A stretch of DNA of 64,000 nt from the NCBI RefSeq assembly GCF_006345805.1, contig NC_042997.1, forward strand, positions 60,016,001 to 60,080,000, given 5' to 3'. The position numbers and the translations under genes are program-made. Source of the DNA: Octopus sinensis. Its lineage: Eukaryota. The notes under the pieces are model-generated. The model saw only the letters and a list, made by a program, of their open reading frames with translations, was not told the origin of the DNA and did not search any database. Shown here piece after piece: positions 25,700-36,902 of the stretch (the stretch's first letter is position 1; each line of letters begins with the position of its first letter).

Positions 25700-25803
25700 A
25701 AATATACTTTGTAGTTGATGTTGAAATCCCAATGAAAGAGCCTTGGATCTAGGTTAGAAACTGGCTCTTTCTCTATTGGCAAAATCTTAAAATAAAACCG
25801 AAC
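25700..25803 (+). mobile_element. ~110-bp element embedded in (CATA)n
   Basis: Similar to 26142-26255; (CATA)n on both sides. Confidence 0.75.
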
Positions 25804-26141
25804 ACACACACACACACATGCATACATACATACATACATACATACATACATACATACATACATACATACATACATACATACATTGGGATACTGGGAAATG
25901 TAACACACTGCCTAAATACCAATCTTGAGAAATAAGGCTTCTCAAAACCAGAAAGGAGAAAGCTGATTCGAAGATTACAGATCTAAGTCATCATTGGAAC
26001 TGTAAAAATCTGTAAAACTTTCCAGAAGTTTATCATTTAAGTATATATGAGCAGGTCTAGGCATGCAACTGTATGCATGAGAATACATACATAAGACAAA
26101 ACATACAAATCTGCACATCTACATACTTACATACATTCATG

Positions 26142-26255
26142 CAAAAATACCCTGCTGATGTTGTTGAAATTCCAATGAAGGAGTTTGGGATTTAGGTTAG
26201 AAACCGGCTCTTTCTTCATTGGCAAGAAATTTTGAAATAAAACCAAATAATGACA
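26142..26255 (+). mobile_element. ~110-bp element embedded in degenerate (CATA)n, second copy
   Basis: aaaataccctgctgatgttgttgaaattccaatgaagg..aggttagaaaccggctctttc..ttggcaagaaattttgaaataaaaccaaataatgac. Confidence 0.75.
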
Positions 26256-26613
26256 TGCATACATGAGTATGTGTGTTTATGTATATAAACGCACAGAAAA
26301 CATACAGTACCACCAAGCAAAGACTGATGTTTTGTGATAGAAAAGTTCACTCTAATGGTGAGCTGTTATGGGCTAAAACATACTCAAGTATCAGACAGGT
26401 ATTTCTGAATGAAATTCATCTAGGTACAGTTTCAGAATATACGATCGAATTATTTTATTCTTGGTTCGGGATGATGTTTTTCCACTCCCATTCCACACAT
26501 ATGCAAACACATGTCAAACACAAACACGTACGTACGTATGTATGTATGTATGTATGTATGTATGTATGTATGTATGTATGTATGTATGTATGTATGTATG
26601 TATGTATGTATGT

Positions 26614-27070
26614 ATTTGTGGCTATGGAGTTGTTTTGAACCTTATTTCTAGCAATGCCGGTACCACTCAGTACCCTCTGTCACTTTAGTGGCGTCTATAA
26701 ATTTGCCTTTAGGTTGTTAAATTGTTAATAAACCCCTATATTATTTATAGTTTTCAGTTTTATCGTTGTTTAAATAATCGTACGAGTTCAACGGTTTTTT
26801 TTATAAGCTGACAAGGTGAGTTGAGTTTAACCCTTGGCCCTGTAAGAGTCACCGATGAGAATTAAGATGCTCTGCATCAAAATTCGAAATCACCATTGAT
26901 CTGGCTATGTCCACTGGGACTTATCTCCTTTGTCAGCCGTTAAGATAGTGCATTTGTGGCGACTGTGTTTTGACTCTTATTTCTAGTAAAGCCTGTACCA
27001 CTTAGTACCTTCTGTCACTTTAGTGATGTCTACAAATTTGCCTTTAGGTTATTAAATTGCTAATAAGCCT
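26614..27070 (+). repeat. ~1.35 copies of a ~335-bp unit (~120-bp direct repeats) containing a hammerhead; retrozyme or pLTR-like
   Basis: 26614-26735 repeats at 26952-27070; the insert is flanked by (TATG)n and (TA)n. Confidence 0.8.
26847..26906 (+). ncRNA. Type I hammerhead motif with U4C core
   Basis: AGUCA-CCGAUGA-GAAUU aa GAUGC UCU GCAUC aa AAUUC-GAA-AUCA CCAU UGAU-C-UGGCU; predicted cleavage after C26901. Confidence 0.8.
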
Positions 27071-27075
27071 AACAT

Positions 27076-27148
<73 letters not shown>

Positions 27149-27199
27149 GGTAGGTAGGTAGGTAGCCAGACACACATATATGTATATATACAGAGAGAG

Positions 27200-27260
<61 letters not shown>

Positions 27261-28315
27261 TGTGTGAGGAGTTTTAAAGAAAGTTTAATATAGATAATTA
27301 ATAAATATTAACATAAAGATATTCAAGTTTAAATTTTTCAAGATGTGTACCTGATGTTCTAAATATTTTTAAACATGTACCAGTTTGTTTTGTATGTGTT
27401 TGTGAATATTTATTTCATTCGTGTATAGGCTTTTTCGTCTGATAGTACGTATATGTATTTTGCATTAAGCTATTTATTTATATGAAAATAATTTGTTTAA
27501 CATGTAAACTGAAGTATAAATTGTTTACCTTTTCTGGAGAGATGTAATTTATATGTACTAATTCATACGTACTTCCACAAAACTTAGCGACAGCGATTGG
27601 CATAACTATACATATTATAATGAAATATGAGATTTAAAACATAAGAAACTATTTAACCTTAGCGTCTCTTGAACTGAATTCAAACAAATATTTACATTAT
27701 TTTCTCCATCCCAGTACCAACTGATTTCAGACACTGGTAAAAAATCGGAGGGTTAAGCGATGTCCTGGTAAAGTATCTTCATAAAAATTTTCTTGCTGCA
27801 GGAACCATCGAATGAAAGCCTTTGGAGCCCAGAGACAGACGTAGTGGAACGCAATGGACCGATGTGAAGAACAGCACACGACAGACTAGACACTAAGTAC
27901 ATCTTTACATCTTATATATGAATGGAATTATGATAGAAGAAATTATAGCCAACACTGATTTGTTACGACGTTTCGTACCCGAGTACGCCTAATGTAAACA
28001 ACAATGAGATCGAAGATAAAAAATGGGTAGTCTTTGGAGGTAACCTTAATAAGTTATTTGATAGCATTGCTAACACAGTAGAACACAGTTTTGACTTATA
28101 ATAGAAGAGTATTTCGTTTAGTGTCTAGCAGTTTTAGCTACAAAGTAATTTAGTATTGATGAAAGCACCAGCAAAATACCGGCAATATCTTCTTGTATCT
28201 AAAGAGGAAATATTTTGGTGCAATAGTAAACTATAGTAACTTATCAACAAATCTCTTTGACATTATTTACATTATTTATATTTGACGGATATTTGGCCTC
28301 ATCTTGTTTGTTGTT

Positions 28316-28361
28316 AACACAACGTTTCGGCTGATATACCCTCCAGCCTTCATCAGGTGTC
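28316..28361 (-). ncRNA. Minimal type I hammerhead with canonical core and palindromic 4-nt stem III
   Basis: GACAC-CUGAUGA-A-GGCUG GAGGGUAUAU CAGCC-GAA-ACGU-U-GUGUU. Confidence 0.8.
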
Positions 28362-28434
28362 TTGGGGAAATTTCGAACCTGGATTCTCATTCCTAAGGTA
28401 TTCTTCGATTATTATTATTATTATTATTATTATT

Positions 28435-28974
28435 GAGTGAGAGAGCAGTGCATGCCATCAAAGTGACACTGGGGTAAAATATACGAAGCCCAATATACCC
28501 ATCATGACTACCCGTCTGATAATGGTACACCAGGCACATGCATCACAACCATATGTGCGCGACATGGTGATCTCATATCAAGATAAACAGCACATGACCT
28601 TGCAGGTAGGGCCCAGTTAGAATTTTCTTCAGGTTGAGTAGCCCATCCCGCTCAAAAGGTCCCTGAATAAGGGTTGTTTAAGGATGTTGAAAGAACCACC
28701 CATGTTTCCAGAGGTGAATTATTCAAACCCCAAAGAATCCCTCTCAACACATGGCTATGATGCTCCCCCACTACTTCTGCTCGTGATCAGAGATGCACAT
28801 ATCGTCAGCCACTAAGGGACATGCTCAAACAACTGACAAGCAAATCTGTGGTATTGAGCAGAATATTTGCTGTAGCCCATCTTTTATACCAAGACAAAAC
28901 AATGTACATGATAACACTTCCAATCAGTTAAGATCAGAAGCCATGAGAGCCACTGCCTGGTACTGCATCAGGGC

Positions 28975-28976
<2 letters not shown>
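28435..28976 (-). mobile_element. ~542-bp non-coding element inserted in (ATT)n
   Basis: Reverse-complement match to 51805-52347 with the same end points; (ATT)n on both sides. Confidence 0.85.
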
Positions 28977-29038
<62 letters not shown>

Positions 29039-29249
29039 GTTCAGGTCACTTCTTGGAATCGAACTCGGAATCTTGGGGTTATTAGCCCGCGCTCTTAACC
29101 ACTACGCTATATGCCCGTCACCATCTCCTTTCGCACGGTCATTCTACAAGTGGTGACCCCTACGTGATTTTGCTTTTATTGTAAGGCGACCGTGCGGCGT
29201 TTAACGGAGTCATTCATTCGTCACCATCTTTTTGCGTACGGTCGTTCTA

Positions 29250-29618
29250 CATATCCTTCAGACTTCCTTAACATGAATGACAATGGGTTTACAGAAAGTA
29301 TAAACAACATCACAGAGAGGCTGTCTCTTTGGAATATGTCTTTGCGATACTGTTTTCTATCAGTAATAATACAGTTACTCTTGTGTTTTATTTCAAGATG
29401 GTGGCCCACGATGAATTGAGGTCAGCTATGACTTTGATTATGCTCACTGGAACTTTAGCAAGTGAAAGGTATCTAGCATCCATGAGTGGGGAACAGAGTC
29501 AAAGGTTTTCTTGTAGTCTAGCCACATTGAAACTAGGTTCCTCCTATGCTCTCACACGTCTGACATCACAGTTTTGTTGATTAACAGTTGTTCGGCACAC
29601 CCCCAGACCCCCTTCTTC
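29250..29618 (-). mobile_element. R4/Dong-like non-LTR RT fragment
   Basis: [56 protein letters not shown]; the 5' junction abuts (TCTA)n. Confidence 0.8.
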
Positions 29619-29619
29619 C

Positions 29620-29707
<88 letters not shown>

Positions 29708-29749
29708 AGATAGATATCTGATTGGCTGCCGTCGCTTTCGTCTACGTAA

Positions 29750-31698
29750 GTCTAGACAATTTCTCATATTTATGTTTGTTTATATTGAATTTTTGTCAAC
29801 AGTTGGTTAACAACATCAGCTTTCATCTGAGTGAGGCACTATTACGAAAATCCACCCGCTGCGGGTGTATTTTTGCTTTTTTAAAAATCTGTCCTGAAAA
29901 ATTGATAACTTGGCTGAAGCGGCCAGCGTTCCATCGTCCTTTATGGACATTAATTTCCCTGCATTGCCGAACGCTGCAGGGAAGTGAGAAAGCATTGAAT
30001 CACTTTCACTTTCACACACACACACAGAGTTGAGTAACGTCAACACACATACTGGCAACAGCGTTCCTAGCAAGCAAGTGGGAAATGAAAGCAAAAAGAA
30101 TGAACAAATATCTACTGCCACCACCGCTGCCACCACCACTGTCTCCACTACTGCCATACCCACCACGACCATTAATACCAACACGAACAGACAAAGTAAC
30201 TTTGCTTCAGTTTTGAGGCAAAGAAAACGGGTTGTTTCATTTACGCCACAACGATTAATGGAAACAAGACTCTTTTTATCTAAGGAAGGTTATACAATAA
30301 AACTAAACATACCACAACACATCTCAGAAAATATTAACGAAAAAACAAATATGTACAAGACAATAAATTTAAAAAGCGAGATAACCCGAAAACATAAATC
30401 AACAAATAATTGAAAAATGTTTAAGGCCCATACGGACTCATAAAAATACATTACAAGAGGCAAAAGATTTTCCACAGTTGAAGTCAGTTTTGACTCAGAG
30501 TAGCAAACCAAAGCCTTTTCTACAGAATCACTTGAGTCTGATGAAATAGTAATAATCCCTACGTACCTTGGTCGATGGGTCACAAAAATCAAAATCAAAG
30601 ATGTGGCCATTGAAATGGAAGCACAACTGTGTCAGCCATCTGTTACAATTTCGAAGAAGTTATTAACATCTTGGATATTTTCGTTCTCGATCACCAGAAC
30701 TGGATAGAAAATATACCAGATCCGATAAAACTGCCGGGCGGTAGCGTCTTACATGTCACCGTTGAAGGCAGAAGACCACGCTGTGACAGCAAAAACCACT
30801 TAAAAATTGACTGCACAATATTGAAGGAGCAACAACAACAACAAGAAAAATAACAATAGCAACAACAACAAGAAAACCGAAAACCAAAGATAAAAACAGC
30901 GCTGCTACCCACACCGCCATATTCCCAGCTGATAAAACAGCTCTACCAACAAATGAAAGAACGTCAACAACCAACAACCCAGCCCAACCAAACGACACTA
31001 CCATCAGCACCACCAAGAACAGAAATAGCATCATCACCACCACCACCAACATCAACAACTATAGAAGCACCAAACGGAGAAGAGAAAAGCAAAAGGACTC
31101 ACACTCCATTCCCAAAAACCCCTACACCACATCGCAACTGTCACTAACCAGCATCAACACCAACAACAGAATCAACTCTAACACACTCAGAGACACGCTC
31201 CAATTTTAACTTTCTGATTCTTCCGACATGTCGTCAGATGGAGGCGACATGGAGGAATGGCAAGTGGCCATAAGGGGGAGGGAGGAGGAAAGAGGAAAAA
31301 GAATAGAGAAGCAAACAAGCAAAGCAGGGAGATTTGTCACTTCCGAAACCAAAACACCCGCACGAAACAAAAACATAAACACAAACACAGAAACACACAA
31401 TGAATTCACAAAGTTGACAGCAATAAACACAAACAATTCAGACTTGATGCCATACATTAGATCAAACACCAACTTAACACAAGACAATTTCGAAACAAAC
31501 AATCACCTACGCACAACACCACCACAACACATAAAAATCCTACACGTGACACAAAACACACACAATACACTGAAATCTCTCTATCCTAATGCAGTAGGGA
31601 GATTTCAAAAATACTTATCAAAAAAAAAAAGGAATGTACAAAAACCTCCTGATAGAAACTAGTGAGGAGGAGAACAACAAACTTTCGATGAATAAGTG

Positions 31699-31745
<47 letters not shown>

Positions 31746-34180
31746 CTTTTCCTTTTCCTTTTCCTTTCGTGTGTAAAACACAACTTTCAATAGGAACATG
31801 CTTAGAATAGGCTGTATAAATGTGTGTGGCTTGGGGTCGCCTTGGAAACAAGGCTCCCTGCTAAATGACATCAAAGTCACAGAATGTAGATATCATAACC
31901 ATCAGTGAGACCAGACTCCACAACCCGTGGACCTTAAAGCATATGTTCGGCGGACAATTCGACATTTATTTTTCTCCGTGTTTGCTGAGAATGGGCGGAA
32001 GTGGTACCACGGTGCTTTTTCGGAAGAGTCTGGATCTCAAAGTAAGAGCAACATTCCTAGCCCCGGAGTTTAGGCTGGTCGTCTGGATGTCGATGGCAGA
32101 AATGGGTGTGCTTTTCGACTGATAACAATTTATGTGCCGTCCTTAACAGTTCGGCCGGATTTCTTTCGACGTCTGGAAGTTTTCCGGGAATGTCTCGACC
32201 TTTACTTTTAGGGAGGAATTGGAACGCCGCCTTGGACACCAACTTGTCTACGTGGGTAGAGACAGGAATAGGAGGAGATGTAAATGCCTCAAAGACTTAC
32301 TCAAACATTTCCAACTGTCTGACAGGTACCAACTCAACCACCCGAATGTGCCAATGTGGACACGAAGCAACCGCATCAGGTCGTCCAGATCGTATTTAAA
32401 TATAGTATTCTGTTGGACAGTGGGTAGTGATAATGTAGGTTGTCCATAATTTCATATAGTCAGCTACACAGATCACAAATTTGTGACTTATACGTTTGAC
32501 GTAGATAGGAATCATAGGTAGGGTCCCAATTACTGGAAACTGAACGCGTCGTTCACGGTACGACAGGCTTACAGAGACTGCATCGGCACATTAGTTAAGA
32601 AGGCATACCACCAATAACTGGTGGTATGCCCTAAAGAGAGCAATTAAAGCAGAATCGGTTAATTATAGTAAGGCTCTAGCGATAGATCGAAATAGAATAA
32701 ATGGAAACCTAGTTAAGAAATTAGAAGAGGCACATAGAAGTGTCCATTTAACATCACGCGTTCGGTCCGTCAAGGCTGCTCCCTCTCGTTGCTTCTGTAT
32801 GTATTGACTGCAGAAGCTAGCGATGCTGAGGGGCATCCCGCAAGAACTGGGATGCGGTAGGAGCGTGTCTGCGTATGCGGACGACGTCACCGTCATAGTA
32901 TCGAGCCACAGGCATATCAAGCTGGTCGGCGAGACACTAAGAGAAAACGAAGCGGTAACGTGAGCGAAAATTTACCCGGAAAAGTCAGTGGGCTGGCGGC
33001 TCGGCGCCTGGAGAAACAAGCCCATGCCGTCCAACAGCGTCACCATCGTGGGACACTGGATCGACGCACCGGTTAAATTGCTCGGGATCTGGTTTGGTCC
33101 GGACCTACAAATGGAGAAGAACTGGAGCGAGATAACGAGTAGAGTGGCCAGTCTCACCCAGCAATGGGCCGAGAGGAAGCTATCTATAAAAGGTCAGGCT
33201 GAGGTGGCGAATGCACACATCGCATCCGTCATCTACTACCGTCTGACCGTCGTGCCTTGTCACGACCCAACCATCATAAAACTGGAGCGTATACTCTTCC
33301 GCTTTTTGTGGAAGGGAAGCGTTCCAGTGGTCAGGCAATCCATTTGCTGCCAACATCCGCTAAATAAAGGGCTGGGCATGACGTGGTTAATGATGCACAA
33401 ACATGCGCTGAGACTGCGACATCTCCAGCGTTCCAGGCGACGGCGAACATGTGAGGTCGCCGTTTGTGAGACGCGCTTTCCCGCAGCTCCTGTTTTTGAC
33501 CGAACTGCATTCGTGGATAAAACACAAACCGAGGCTGGGCAAATGGCACTGCGAGTGCCACCTTGCTCTCGAGAAACTCTGCCGTACGGGATCGTGTGAC
33601 TTCAAATCCACGGAGGCGTTCTATAGAGGATTGGTGGAAATGAGGTGCGACGACGTTTTTGGGGAGACCCTGGGCGTCGACGAGGAATATCAGGCCCGTC
33701 TCTTCAGGACCACTTTCAGGCCGTGACCTATGGACAATTTCCAGAGATCCCTGGCCTGGCAGTGCTATCGGGAAGCATTGCCTGTTTGGGATATGCTCTA
33801 CTGGCACGGTTCGAGAAACACCGGACCAATTTGCCCAAAATGCGATCAGAGCGACGAAACTGTTCTGTACGCACTCGTGCAACGTCCAAACATTTCAGAC
33901 CTGTGGGCTTATGTCGAACGGCTGCTGTCACGTGTGGGACGACTTTGGTTATCGGCCGAGTTTATCAGGAATATTGCCCCGCCACGTTCCTTTAGCCGGG
34001 AAGGCAAGGCAGTTTTCATTGGCTATGGTGAAAGAATGTGTGTGGTAGACTCGTGCAAAAGGTTTTGAGACAAACACTTTCCTCTCTGGCAAACCGCTCA
34101 TCAACTTTTTCAAGTGCCACTTGAAAAAGAAGGTGAGAATAGAGAGGAAAGCTTTGTCTCACGAAAGTTTCAAAATGTTT
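29750..34180 (+). mobile_element. Tx1/L1-clade LINE relic with both ends present and the N-terminal RT domains deleted
   Basis: ORF1 has YITRGKRFSTVEV..PTYLGR and a truncated zinc knuckle GRRPRC..HLKIDC. EN has DIITISETR and WNAALD. RT has SAYADDVTV (~32865-32895), VKLLGIWFG, WKG..P..KGLGM and C-terminal CPKC..ETV. Confidence 0.9.
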
Positions 34181-34184
34181 AGCC

Positions 34185-34213
34185 CCTGCTAGCACGGAAA
34201 ACGGACGTTAAAC

Positions 34214-34258
<45 letters not shown>

Positions 34259-34325
34259 AATGATGATGATGATGTTGATGAAGATGATGATGATTATTAT
34301 GATGAAGTCGACGACGATGATGATG
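34185..34325 (+). repeat. Short retroposon-like 3' tail (gctagcacggaaaacggacgttaaac) followed by a (GAT)n array
   Basis: Direct reading. Confidence 0.55.
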
Positions 34326-34762
34326 TATATGTACATATATATACCATGTTCTGTGGAAACTCACACCCAGGCACACTGTTGTACATAACTCACACACAGG
34401 CACACTGTAACGCTGTTGCAACATAACAAGGTGTTTTGAACATTCTCACCAAAACTCGATAGGTACTTTATTTATCGACAAAGAAAGAATTAAAAGTAAA
34501 GTTCACTTTGGAATTACGAACACAAAGCATATTCAACTGCAAAGATTGTCGCCAGGCATTCTGACCGACGCTCTAAACATTCAGCTTATTCACCTTTCAT
34601 ACATGCATACATATATACATACATACATGCATACATATATACATACATACATACATACATACATACATACATACATACATACATACGCACACATCACACA
34701 CACATATATGTATGCATGTATATATATATATTGTATATGTGTGAGTGCGTGTGCGCGCGTGC

Positions 34763-34798
<36 letters not shown>

Positions 34799-35221
34799 TC
34801 ACACACACATACACACACTCCCATACATACACACATACATATATACATACATACATGCATACATAGGACTTCCATCGTTCAAAGCTGATCATACATTTGC
34901 TCATTTATAAGCCGGCGTGGATAATGTTATTTTGAAGAAGAAAGCATCGGCCAATGAATCCGAGTCTCACCTCTTCACGTCCCAGATGTTTATCCGAGGA
35001 AAATCCCGCCGAAACGCATTAATATAGCCTAATGTCGTCTCAAGAGACAAAAAGCATCTTGTCGTGTCCTCTAACAGTCCAGCAGTCAATCCACTTGTAC
35101 TTTTAATTTTTTTACCTATCCCGAAAATATGAAAGGTAAAGTTGACCGTGGCAAGGTTTGAACTCAAATCGCGGACAATCGGAACCAATGCATTGAGGTA
35201 TTCTATCCAAAGCTTTAACAG

Positions 35222-35292
<71 letters not shown>

Positions 35293-35322
35293 ATATGTGT
35301 GTGTGTGTACATAAATATGTAC

Positions 35323-35366
<44 letters not shown>

Positions 35367-35702
35367 GCATTCATTCATAATATATAATATACGTATGTAT
35401 GGACACTATTAGCAGTTAAATTAAGTTAAAAGACGATTTCTGCAACACATCATTTCGCAGATACATCACTGCATTTTATATTCCCAGCAGCATCTCAAGA
35501 AATGTTAACTATTCTATTTACATGGCGGTGCCTCAGCATGCCCGCAGCCTCAAGAATAAAAGAACGAAAGAATTCTAATAAAAAAAGTACTGCGACAAAC
35601 TCATACATTTTCAAAATGCAGTCACTTATGTACATATATGCATACGCAATATGCATACATAAAGGCAAACATGTGCTCAAATAACAAACATGTATACTAT
35701 AT

Positions 35703-36130
35703 AGGCGCAGGAGTGGCTGTGTGGTAAGTAGCTTGCTAACCAACCACATGGTTCCGGGTTCAGTCCCACTGCGTGGCATCTTGGGCAAGTGTCTTCTGCA
35801 ATAGCCCCGGGCCGACCAATGCCTTGTGAGTGGATTTGGTAGACGGAAACTGAAAGAAGCCTGTCGTATATATATATATATATAAGTGTGTGTGTATGTG
35901 ATGTGTTTGTGTGTCTGTGTTTGTCCCCCTAGCATTGTTTGACAATCGATGCTGGTGTGTTTACGTCCCCGTCACTTAGCGGTTCGGCAAAAGAGACCGA
36001 TAGAATAAGTACTGGGCTTACAAAAATAAGTCCCGGGGTCGATTTGCTCGACTAAAGGCGGTGCTCCAGCATGGCCGCACTCAAATGACTGAAACAAGTA
36101 AAAGAGTAAAAGAGTAAAGAGTAAGAGAGA
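35703..36130 (+). mobile_element. Full-length family B tRNA-derived SINE
   Basis: Head tggctgtgtggtaag..gggttcagtccc (A and B boxes), cttgggcaagtgtcttct core, internal TA/TG tract and (AAAGAGT)n tail. Confidence 0.85.
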
Positions 36131-36334
36131 GAGAGTAAAAGAGTATATATAGCCATACAAATATGTATCGTTACCGATATATACGATATTTTCTTCCAAA
36201 CAAAATAAATTATAAAGTTACTTTAATTCATCTTCTGGTACTGGGTAACATCTATCACTAAATGTCCTCTTATCTTTGATATTACTTTACAGTAACAACG
36301 CAGAATTGTATATAAATGTGTGCGCACACACACT

Positions 36335-36367
<33 letters not shown>

Positions 36368-36825
36368 AATATATGTATGTATTTATACATATATTTAACT
36401 GTGTATTATGTATATATGTATATATGTATTGGCTTGCACACACACACATACACACACATATATACGTATACATACACACATACATATGTATACATATATA
36501 CGAACACGTGTATTGGTATGTGTTTTATATGTGGTGTCTGTTTGTGTGATTGTGTGTGTGTGTGTGCGCGTGTGTGTGTGCGCGTGTGTGTGTGTGTATG
36601 TGCGTGCGTGGCTGTAAATGCATATGCACTTGAATATATCATATGGCAAACAGGTGGATATATATAGAAATAACAGTCAGACAGGAAAAAACATAAATGA
36701 TAGATAGATATATATATACAAAAAAAAGACATAAAATATATAGTCTAGCACATTATAGAAAATTTATAGATAGAAAATATTTGGATAAAAATAAACGCAG
36801 AAAGACTTCGATAAACAAATACATA

Positions 36826-36902
36826 CTGAGTGTCCATAAATTCCGTTTGAACTTTGATACATCATCGTGCGGAAGTTGTGAAGATAATTTATGGACACCG
36901 TG
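36826..36902. mobile_element. 77-bp Tc1/mariner-type MITE
   Basis: TA | ctgagtgtccataaatt ... aatttatggacaccgtg | TA; TIRs match at 14/17. Confidence 0.75.

Larger units (their letters stand above)
28258..29118 (-). mobile_element. tRNA-Ile-headed SINE with an (AAT)n linker and a hammerhead-containing 3' body, split by a 542-bp insertion
   Basis: Head 29118->29045 has A box TAGCGTAGTGG, B box GAGTTCGATTCC and anticodon arm GCTAATAACC like tRNA-Ile(AAT). Body 28407->28258 ends in TATAAATAA-TGTAAATAA-TG. Confidence 0.7.

Noticed and set aside
28435-28976. HDV-like or hammerhead ribozyme in the (AAT)n-embedded element (CUGAAGA near 28630)
   Set aside because: No P1/P2 pseudoknot could be built at either end, no GAAA or stem II follows, and the second copy has CAGAAGA.
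29045-29118. Functional tRNA-Ile gene; likewise the tRNA-like head at 61352-61425
   Set aside because: Acceptor and T stems do not pair properly, there is no T-run terminator, and the sequence continues into repeat bodies.
24615-29470. Phase-compatible plus-strand exon chain (ISEMTGPLAK / KVHSNGELLWAKTYSSIRQ / MVAHDELRSAMTLIMLTGTLASE)
   Set aside because: The third exon is the antisense strand of the R4-like RT fragment, so the chain is most likely coincidental.
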